Assembly: GCF_964355755.1 (NCBI RefSeq)
Contig: NC_092677.1
Location: forward strand, 14,778,101 to 14,842,100
Direction: 5' to 3'
DNA: 64,000 bases
From: Antedon mediterranea
Lineage: Eukaryota > Animalia > Echinodermata
In this document: one piece after another, positions 49,317-61,300 of the stretch
How positions within the stretch are numbered: position 1 is the first letter of the stretch
Layout of the letters: each line of letters opens with the position of its first letter
Position numbers and translations under genes: made by a program
Notes under the pieces: model-generated
The model's input: the letters and a program-made list of their open reading frames with translations, nothing else
The model's database searches: none
Told to the model about the DNA's origin: nothing

Positions 49317-52300
49317 TCACTTTGAAAAATTCTTCAGCTTCTCCAATGCCTCTGTAGTGGATTTTGTTTCCGGGTGATCATCACCAAGGAAGAGTTGAAA
49401 TATTCGCAATGCTTCGTCAAATTGATAGCGAGCTCTTTCATACAGATTGTTTGCAAATAGGAACGCTCCTAAGTTGAATCTGAAAATACAATGTAAAAAT
49501 TTGAATCTTAAAAGACGGCCTAGCAGTAGGCTATACACAGTCTGAACAATTAATTAGTCAAAGAACAGTTGACAATAACCAAACTGTTATACTATTGGAG
49601 GTGGTTTTATGACAGCACCACAACAACTATGACAATTAATAGCCGATCCAGCCGGCCTCACAAGTTTGGCCAGAGAATATCAGGACAGACATTTGGCATT
49701 ATGCCATTGACATTATGCCATTGACATACATACCTGACAATTGCGACATCAACATGGTTCTGTCCAAATGCCTGCACCAATATCTTCAAGACGCCTTTGA
49801 ATAAGTCTCCAGCTAGTTTGTCATTCCTGTCATCGTAAACCAGAGCGATGTTATTCAAGATGGCTCCTACACGTGGGTGACTCAACCCTACTTCATTTTG
49901 GGTTAGCTGCATATCCCAAAGATGATGGATCAATCCGTCTTCAAGACGACCTTGGCCGTAGGAAAGCTCTCCGATCTGTGGATTAAATAGTAAATGCCAT
50001 TAGATTACTTCACATATTTTCATCCTGTGACATCTTCTGAATATTTGTCTTTTATAAAGTTTCAACAAAACACTGTTGTACTGGTACTACTAATATTTAT
50101 ATCTAATTAAATATCTGTTGTATGTTGTTTTTGTATAGTAATTAGCGAAAATAATATTTACCTGTCCAACTATTGCGGCAACATAGTGGTGGTTCTTTCC
50201 TAAAATATCGGTTGCTATCTCTTGAGCTCGTTTTAAATATCCCTTGGCTTGCTCCGCTTTCTCTTGAAGTCGAAGTACAGACCTACAGTTATACAAGTAT
50301 ATATAATTAAAATGAAAACCGATATAGGCCAAGATCTACTTAAAAATGCTGCAGAATGACACTGATTATGATGATGTTTATATTGATAGTCGTTACTTAG
50401 ATCAATACTATAGTACAGTAATAATGTAGAATATTTACCCCAATCCAAGAAGAGCTTTTACTAACTGAAGTTTCTGCGCTGGTGTGCGAATCTTGTTCAT
50501 TCGACTGATGACGTCATACAAGTACTTCCTAGCGTCATCGAGTTCCCCGAGGCTTCGGCAAACCAAGCCTAGCTGTATTATAACCTGTAATTGAATGAAT
50601 CAAATGAAACTATGAATATGTGATAACATACGAAACTAATCAAATCAGTATAGCGACCAGGAGGCTTTTCTTATGTCGGTGTCTTTATGATTATTCATAA
50701 TTATCTTACCTCCAGCACCTCTAGATGTACACATTGTCGTTTGTACGTGTAATGTCTATGATGGTATACAATTGTCGAATACTCTTCCTTGTATTTGTTT
50801 TCCAAAGCCTCCAGTAGTCGCTCATACAATGATCTATTCAACAAATTTATCATATTAAAGAAATTATTAATATTAATGTCATTTATAGCTTTGGTTTGTA
50901 AATTCATTAGTTATAATTGTTATCAAATTGCTTTTACCTTGCACCCTTTTGAAGACCCAACTGCATAAAGAATCCTGCCATTGACCTAATTAGGCTGGCT
51001 TTGTCTTTTGTAGTTTCCCATGATTCAGCCTTCGCAAGAGTTTCCACATACGCTTCTTCAACTTGTTCGTAGCCTCCGAGCTAAAGATGAGAAATATAAA
51101 TTACTGCAGGCATCTGTTCAAAATCATCTTTATACAGTTTCAATTAAACATTGTTCAAATTAGATAAATTGTATTCTTACTAGTTGCCAAGCTTTGATGA
51201 GTTCAAATTTGCCCTCTTCCGTTGCCATCATTCGTTGAAAGACTACAATGTTTAGAATAGTGGCACGTAGACGCCTCAGATCACCAGCTTGTGAGAACAA
51301 GAACGGAACTTCTTCTGTCTAAAATGGAAGTGGCAGTTTTGATTACACATTAGGTGTTGGTATATGATTGTTACAATGAGTTGAAAGTAAACGGATAGTG
51401 CTACAAAAATACTATTTTCGTCTTAACCTATATTAACACTTGCATTAAAAAAAACCTCAACCAGGGTAGAAGGCCGTTTGGATCGACGTGACTTACATAG
51501 CGATCATCGATGTCCTTCCTATTAAAGAAATTCGCCAAGTCTATGTAGCATTGTCTCTTAAGTTCGGGTGTGTTCAGGTACTTCCTCTCAACAGCTTGTC
51601 TAAGATGGTCGTGAAAGAAGTTAAGAACTCCATTTCGATTAATTACATTCTCTTCGAGTGACAGATAAAATGGTGACCATATTCTTGATGTTACCTTAAA
51701 TAATACACAAGAAATAAGATTAATTTAAACTACCTTTTCGTCTTAATTATCTTAATGTTATGCGTGCAATTATATGGATGGCAGCCCTAGTTGATTATAA
51801 CAGGGAGTTGTTAATAAACAACTCCCTGATTATAATGTTATGAAGATATAAGATGTTACTGGTATTTTGATAAAAAATAAAATATTAGAATGTCTGAGAA
51901 AGCTCACTTGTAAATATTCTGTTAACTCAGCCTCTGTCATTCCCTTGTTGGAACACCATATTGCTGTTGTAGTGTCTCTAACAAGTCCAGGTCTGCAAAA
52001 GCCACCAACAACAATTATCACAATGAATATTATTATTATTATTATGTATATTATGTGTCTACTAAACTTGATGTTTGATTTGAGATTTCTTTCAATTCAT
52101 GCAATACCCTTACCTTTCAAACGACCCAGTCTCAAAATCATTTTCCAGACGCTCTAGAATTTTAACAAAGAGCTCTCCTGGACTATCTGCACTCAGGTAG
52201 GATTTAATTGCACTCGTCAATTGGAAGAACTCTCCGTACATGCGAATCTAAGGAGTAGACAATATGTTACATTACATTTTAAAGACAGTTATTATTACTA

Positions 52301-55300
52301 CTGGCTTGTTGCAGTTCAAAAACATTACTTGAAGTGTATTTTACCTCATCCATGAGTGACTTTAGGTACAATGGGTTGCTGGTCTGGTTTGCATTGAGTA
52401 TCATATTCATCTGTTCCTCACTGAGTGTCTTTGCGTATAAAGTCATATACTCTGTTATTATTTGCTTCTTCTCACTTGATTGTAATGGGAAAATCTCAAA
52501 TGTTGGCCATTCGTTTGCCACCACCGCATCATAGGCCTAGAATAAAAACAGTGTCATTGCAGTATTATATCTTTCACATCGAACAAGTAAACTATGGCTA
52601 ATCGTACGTTAATTGATATGGCAGTGTTAGAGTTTTAAAATAGTTTAGCAAATTGTTACTTCATTTAAACAATTTGGGAAATACATACCGTTCCGGGAAG
52701 TGTTGACAGCACCATCTTAACACCATTTGGAAGTGTTTTTGGAAGCCATTTTAGTTCCAGTTCATCACCTTGAAAAAAAATGAAAATTATAATAATGTAA
52801 ACGAGGTAACGGTTAATGGTTTCAATTCCTTCTCGGTGAATTTTATGATACATCTACTTTAACCACTTCATCCAAGTACATGAAGAACTTACCTGTAGCT
52901 CCGGCTCCGGTGTCTAACTGGTTCAATGCATCAAGTACAATCATAACATTGCCGCTATTTCCCGCTTGTTTGAGCCATGATGGAAGATCTAGAACTAGGT
53001 TACGGTCAGACGAAGGAACGGCTTGTGGAAAGTTAAAGAACTGCTTCATTTCTTCATACAATCTGTATGAAACAGTACCGGTATACGATAAGTTAAGCTA
53101 GTTAAATCAAACCTTAATATATGTATAGGTAGTAAACTCAGTAAGAAATAGCACAAGGTAATTATGTTCGTGTCATACTGTATATCTTGAAAGAATGTTT
53201 GTTTTCAATTATCTATTTGCTGTTAATACAACCAGACAAATTCAAGGGCATGTTATAATAATAGTTAGACTTTACCGAGAATTATTATAAAAACGTAGAA
53301 AAGCTTTGCCTTCCTTACCTTCTCAAAAGGTTCAGATGCGAAGCACTCTCCGCTGAGCTACCAATGAAATGCATAAAGACAAAATCATTTTGGTGCTTTT
53401 CTTCGTATCTTGTGCACCAGTTGGCAATCAATGCCGACTTGCCGGAACCAGACCTTCCTAGTACAACAAATGGAACATCCGTATCTTTAGCAACGTGATC
53501 GTCAATTGCCGTAAAGTAGTCTTCTCTGCCGATATAAATCCGACAGCGAACTTCAGCAAATGCTACGTGTGCCTCCTTTTCTCGCTGGAGGCCTGTGAGT
53601 TCTGTTCCAGGTGGAAAATCTTCGTCAACGCATCTTGTGAGATCCTTCGAAAAAAACACAAAGTGTACTATTATTTAAAAGGCATATGCATTTTATAGAC
53701 TTTACCTGAGTGATTGATTATCTATGTTATGTACTAGATGTCTGTGTGCAATAGTTGTATCATAATCGCTTTTACCTCAAGAATCTTGGCGTGTGCTTCA
53801 TCAGCCCCTCTATATCTTCTTACGTTCATACCAGAATCTTCTACTACCTTTCTAAATTCCTGTTGCTGATTGTAATGCCATAAAGATTCAAGAGCACCTT
53901 TCTTGCTATCGGGTATTGCTTTCTTAACTTCTGGCTTTTTCTTTTCTTCCGTTTGTTGTTCATCAGCTGACTTTGTCTCTTCCTTTTTACCACTCTTTTC
54001 TTGTTTTTCTGTTTCTACTTTTTCTTTAGCTGCCTTATCTTTCGCTTCCATTTCTTCTTGCTATTTTATTAAACAAAACATAAAATTTCGATAACGATTA
54101 AAATTCATTTTGTAACTGGAAAGATTTTGCCTTGTTTCATAATCAATAAAACTGTCTCCTTCTGGTCTTACTTACAATTTCCTTCATTATTGTCATATCC
54201 TCCTCGTCTAACTGTTGTTCTCTTATGTAGAAGAAAGATCGGTTCATTGCAGCCTCCTTACCTCTAAGAGCACCATATAATGCTTCCAGCTAAAAAGAAA
54301 TTCAGAAGTATGAATCTTCATTGTTATTTAAACGATTTCTACCATAGTTATTATGAACACTATTACTATTAAAGGAGCTACTGCTAGATTATTGATTACA
54401 ATAGTGAACTTACTCTCGTAACACTGGTATTAAATCTAAACTTATCAATCCAATCAAAGTGACTGTAATTATCTATGGCGACATCGTATGTTTTGTCAAG
54501 AAGTGTATCGGGCACGGTTTCTCTCTGACACCATCCGTACCGCTCACCAAGTAAACAGATAAAATATGGACGGCACTTGTCAATCTGAAAAATATAATAT
54601 AGTATAATATCATAGTAGTAGTAAAATGTTTGTGTATATCCATACATTCTTATATGTGGTAACAAACTATTTGAAAGTACTTGATATTGATATGTTTTAT
54701 TTAATTTCAAGCACGACAAAAAATAGAGTAAATTTGTAACACTGTAAAACCGAGAAAAAATGAATGAATGAATGACAACCACAACACAAGCAAAAAAAAT
54801 AGTGGTGCCCTAAAAAAATATAAAAAAATATATATAAATAAAAAATACTAGGTGAATATAAATTTCCGACGGAGTTTGGGTACATTATCAGTATGATCAG
54901 GGAAGAGTTAAATTGTAATTTAACTCTTCCCTGGTATGATTAAACCAGGAGTCCACATAAAAACATACTTTGTATGAATACATTAAATACAGATTAGCTC
55001 ATAATTTACCTCACGTAAACATATCGAAATGGTTTGGCCATCTTTTGACTGTTCTTGCGTGATTCCCCATCTGAGATCTACGTACGTGAAACAGATTCCT
55101 CGCTCTGTACACATACGGTTCAATTCTCGGAAAGCCTTCTTAATGAGAACTTCGCGTTCTTCCTGAAAATCTCTAAACGTGCTTGACACAAACACACGGA
55201 CTTCGCGACGTTTTTTCTTCGTTCTTCGTGCGACAGGCTTTGATACGGGAAGCGAGTCATTGGCTCTATTCAGAAGAGGTTTATTGAAATCCACAACAGA

Positions 55301-58300
55301 TTCTTCCTCTAGATAAATCATGAAACAAATATTTCTTTGTTAGCAAAACAGCGTTTGATGATATCAATATACTAGCGCCAATTACTCTACGAACAAATGT
55401 GCAATTGACAACTATGTTGTCAATGATAATTATAATAATATTAAAAGTTAGAGATAGATAAGATGCTAAGAATACATCACAAAATAACATTGAAAACGCT
55501 GTATTAGAAAGGAAAAACAGGAAACGTGAGAGCGTTAGAAGTTCTGATATTGTACCATAACACGGTTAAACGGTTTAGATATTAAATAATGGTACTTTCT
55601 GATACAAAACAGTGTGGGGGTCAGCTAAATAAAATAGTTAGTAGTTAGTTGGTAATATTTAGTTAGTTATTGATTGAAAATATATACAACAGGGATAACT
55701 ACTAGATAATAACTATTGTGCAATTGATGAAACTAAATAAAACAATGCTAAAAATACACATACAGATGATTTTATTTTTATTTTATTTTATTTAATCGAA
55801 ACCAACAGCGATAATTACTGCCACTAACAGGTTTGATACAAACAAAGCCAGGACTGTTTAAAGCACCTTGATCGGTCCTAACATTGATCAAGGGCTTCTC
55901 TCGTCCAGTGCCCACCTTGACCAGAAAAAAGACATAAGCCAATACTTTTTAGGCAGATACTAGATGCAGGGGCTGCCATAAGAGTCAGCAGTGCTGATTT
56001 CAAATGCCTAACGGGACCTCAGCTCCATATACAGCACCTGATATTCCCAGATGGTCTCCCATCGAAAAATACACAGTAACAAAAAATTGTACCACAAGAG
56101 GAAAAACAACACACACGATGAGTGTTTAGAAAGAGGAGATTTACCTGGCTTAGTTCGAAAGTTGTCTTTTTTAGTTTCAAATACAAAGAAAACGTAAAAT
56201 CAAAGATGTCAAAGAACTCTACAACACTATACTTTGGATTAACTGTTTTAAGATTTTTCGACATTTTTTGGTGAGTTTTGTGAAGTTTATCCCGCAACAT
56301 GTAAGCTGAGTTTTACACGATAGAAATGTCTATAAATAAGTAAACAATGTTTTAAAAGTCTTTAAAATACCTTCATCTTGTTGAAGCTCAGTGAGAGTTT
56401 CATTATTCTCCTCTAGTAACCCTCTGACAATTTGATCAATACTTTTGTCACTCTCTTCTTCTATGACATCTTTGTACACGTCACCAGCAGCAGCAGTAGT
56501 TTCACTTTTGACACGCAAACAGGCAGTAGATACCAGGACGCCGAAATGCCCCGCCCAACCTTTATCGTCTCTACCTTTAAGTTTAAATAGAATTTTAATG
56601 ACACAAACATTACATTGCGCTACAGTATTTGTGATGTATATCTTATTTCACATTATTTCTACTGTATTTCATAAATACATAGCGTGAACAAAAAAATGAC
56701 AAATAGACTAACCTGTAGTTTGGAATGATATGAGGCGAAGACCTTTTCCATAATCCTTAAATGTAAAACATTCACGAATCCATTCTAAATGCTCTATACT
56801 TCCCTGTTCATCTGTTGTTTTTTTCGCAATTGTATCACCATCAGCGTTCATTAGGGTAACGGTTAATGAATAGAAGCCTCCACCACATGTTCCGGCACGG
56901 AACGATTCTGATGCCTGAAGGAAAACAGTGAATACATATAAGTGAACATTCTATTTCTGATATTATTCTAATCATTTACGAACCATAACATTTACAGTGG
57001 ATCCAAATTTCTATATCCTTACATTTAATGGAATACCAATATCTTAAACTTACCTGAATCTCTGGACAAGAGTCTAAATGTTCAGCCGAAAAATGAGATA
57101 GGAGATTGATTTCTTGGTTTTTTTCGCAAGTCATATGGGAAGCAACAAACTCTGAAAACATAATAGAGAAATCAAGTTCTAGTTTTTGAGCTTTGAGTTT
57201 TAATAACAAAATAATAATATTATCGTCAGACCTACTTACTTGTTTCTGTATTGTCTCCTCCACTATGAATGACCCAGTCACCAGCATAATTCCAGCCAGT
57301 CATATCAGCTGTCTGACAAGGAAAGAAAAAGAAGCATGTGTTAAAGGTGTGCCGTTTGAAAGAAGTCTACAGTAGTGTACGTTATCACCATTGAATCCAC
57401 TTACCTCACCAGATGCATTCTCTAACAGATTTGAGGACCATCCGGCTATTTTGATCTCTTTCTTGGACATTGCCCGATCAAGAGGTACGAGATTATTCGC
57501 CAACTGAAACAAATGAACAAGAACATTTATAAATCCTGTGTGACATCATTTCTATTCAAATCAGCCATAGTACCTATATTTACCTCTACTTTACTCTTAG
57601 CTTCTTCTGCTAGTTCCATTTCTGTAAGTTTTGGTTCAACGTATGTTTTATCTGTAACAACCAGTGCTGACGGCCTAGCACCAGGACCATTGCTAACTTT
57701 AATCCAAAAATTGAAAGAAGACATATATTAGCGAACTCTGAAATACACTCTTGTGCCATCAACATACAAGAACTTTGTGAATAGTATCAAACTTTCAAAT
57801 TTACCTGTTCCAAAAAATAGCTTTAACTTGTTGTTTTCGACTTTAGTTTCAATATCGGTAAACTTCAAAGACAGACCAGGTACCTTTTCCTGTATCTTTT
57901 CGGTCGCTTCAGTAACCTATAGCAGAGAAAAATAAATTTGTAATGAATAGATATCAAAATGTTGGAAAATATACGTAAAGCTAATAATGTTGATAATATT
58001 ACCTTATCAGCAACGTTTTCATCCTGAATCAGCAGATCATCAATGAATGCTATGTTCTTGCTGACGCCATACAACCTCACGTTATATGAACCATTTGGTA
58101 TATCAAACTATGAAAATATAAAAGGTAGAGCGTGTTTTAGTAATTTTTATAGTGTACTAAAACAGTAACAAATTTTCTTTAGACCAGTTTCAGCACAGTG
58201 CATAAGACGGTGCTCTTGATAAGCCACCAAGTATAGCAAATGCCAATGTGGAGTGATAATTCTTTTAAATTAAAAAAAAGCTTTGGAAAATTGCAATTGT

Positions 58301-61300
58301 TTTTGATTTCGTGTGAAAAGGTTGGTCAACTCACCTCAAACTTCATTTCATCAAGATACTCTGGATGTGTGCTATTGCTTGTTCCTCCAATGAATCCATC
58401 ATGAGTGTTTCCAATGATGGCAGTCAGGCCATCTTCTTGTACAATGTCAACGAACTTTCTGACACCTTGTAAGCCTGCACAAGAAAGTATAATTTACTAG
58501 CAAAATTTCAATTGTTAAAGTTACAAAATATCTTTAGTATTTATATTGTGTACACAAGGTATACATTTAAATGTATGACGATATAGTTAAATAACGATTG
58601 ATTTTCATTAGGGTTCAACTCAAAGACGTACATACAACGCAGGTAACTTTACCAATAACAAGCGAAGGAATATCTGAACTGTTGCTTGTGGTTGGTCGTA
58701 TAAATAGGAAGCACAAATAAAGATGACAATGCTGATGCTGAGTGCAACTGTGTGGAATATTCCGATTGTCTTACCGTATTCGTCATGCATCTTAAATAGT
58801 GTTTGTGTGTCGGCAAATACGATTCCTGAAAGTGACTCATAAGCTGGTCCACCAAGATTTATCGCCACATGTACACCTTTTGGTTGTATAGTCAAGGTAT
58901 GCGGTGATCCTTCGAACTGCATCAATTTGTCAACACCATCTAATGTAAAAACAATGTATGAAGAAGTCCTTTAGTATTACTGTACATAGAATAAAATATG
59001 CCATTTAAAAAATAGTACTTGAAAATACCATAAAAATGTCAGGAAAGAGTAAAATTAATCAATGCTATCCACTTTAATATAAAAATATATGTGCCAAGTA
59101 TATGTATTATGTATAATATATTAACTTACTTATATCTTTCACAAATGCAAAAGCTTGTATAAACTTCAATCCTGGTTTCTTATCTTCTTCTGATAACACT
59201 CGACAAAATCCAAAACGTCCGTCTGGTTGTTTTAGAAGCTTTTTAATTGGTATAATTTCAAGAACTTTTCCATTCAGCAACAGCTTAATTTTACAAGCTT
59301 TAGTAATCCAACCCATTATTTTATCTCCATCAACTATAAAACCAGTTCTGATTGGTCGAGCTTCACCAGTCAGCAGACATGTTGCCAATCGACTTTCGTC
59401 AATCTTAATAGATGAGGCAATGTTTGATATTATGCTATATCGACAGGGGCCGGCTGGACCAACAGCAACGAGGCTATCATCTTTGCTATAAATCTTCCAA
59501 GCATCCCCGGATGTAAATGATCCACTCATCCCGTGAATAAATGTACAATCTATATTACTTTTATTTATACCGACAAGATAAAGTGCAGATGTAGTTTTAT
59601 CGTCTTCCTCTCCATCTCCATGAGAACAAAGAACGAACATGCCTCCATTTGGCAATGTCTTCAATTCACTCAGAAGAGATGTCTCTTCAGAACCTACGAA
59701 GCTTTGCATGTGATTGACTAATGCCTTTTCTCCTGTCACCTCCACTTTACTCTTTAAATCTACTGATGAATTAAAGAATAGAAGTACCGAACTATTTTGT
59801 GGACCTGTGATTTTTAGAAAACCATCATCGTCTTTTGTAAACTTCCAAAGGTCATTTTTGTCTGGTAGAAACGCAGCAGATGAAAATGGCTCCGATTGAA
59901 TTAAATAAGCATTTGATGGTGTTTTTCCTTCAATTGGTGGTCCACTACATAGAGCTAGCAACGAAAAAAAGTCCAATACTTCACTAACTTCAATTTTCGT
60001 TTTAAATACCCCTTCCTTGCTTCCCTGTAAGAGAACTCCGCATTCGCAATTTCCATATTGTGGAAGATTTGACAACAGACCTGTATTAGAAGCACCATAT
60101 ATTGCCATTGGACAGAGGTCACCAGCACTATTGGTATATATGACATCATAGTTGTAAACAGTGTGCGCTCCTGTTTTGGCCAATGACACCGTTTCGAAGT
60201 TGTTCCCACTCGAACCACAACGCACTAGTTGAATATGGGCCGATGTATATTCATTTCTAAACCTGGTGATTAAAAGTAGAGCTGCGCCTCCTCCTGGTCC
60301 TGCATTTACGCTGAAGTTTAACTTGTTGTATGACTGAACAGGATAAAATGAATGTGCCCGAGCTTCTATGGCGGAATTCTCAGCTGAAATATGATTTGAA
60401 AGAATTGTTATGAAAAAACCGCATACAATAAAGATGATATGACAATTCTCTGTATAATGAAGTAAGCTTACCTATTATGGCCTTACTATCAGGCATAGGC
60501 GGAAAATCCAAATCCTCTTCTTCGTTTTCGGTTGGTTGTTCTGAAAATTAGACAATTTTAAATAAAGATTAAATTAATTTAATAAATGTGCAGTGTACAA
60601 AAACAGCCACAAGCCTTTTGCCTAATAACGTATATCTGACTGATATTATCTGGTTTCTAGGCCCATCGTAATGATAAAAGCAACCTCCAATTTACTTCGT
60701 GTCTTTTTTTTTATTAGAAGACTGGCAAAACAGTTAGTTCTTACTGTTGTTGCCTTTCAACTTTTCTGCTAGTTTGCTGTTAAAGGTAACACCAGCCGTT
60801 CTGAAGGCACTCACTGCGGCTACCTTTCTTGATGCGGCTGGACCATGGTTAATTTTTTCTCCAGATTCTATATTCTGAAAAAAAAAAAATTAAATGTAGG
60901 TACCTCCTGATTATACTAAATTTGTTTTTCCTTAATAGTAATTGTTAGTAACAAAATATAAACAGTTCTGCTATTAGAACTTCATATTATATTAAGATGA
61001 AAGTACACAAAAGTGTGAAATAATAAATATTCCATATTTGAAATACATGCATGTATATCTAAGACGACTAAGGCAGTACTGTACATGTATATATATTTTA
61101 AGAGGCGATACGATTCAGTAAATCGCACTTGACCTTTAAACTTTTAACATTAATGCATTAACATTATTACTCATCAAATTTAACATTCGGAACTATCCGT
61201 TTAGACCTTAGTCAAATACAATAACTCAATGAAGGTTGAGTTTGTCGTAAACAGACTAAAGTGTGTTATACAGTCCGATATTCAAGTTAAAACGTAATTA

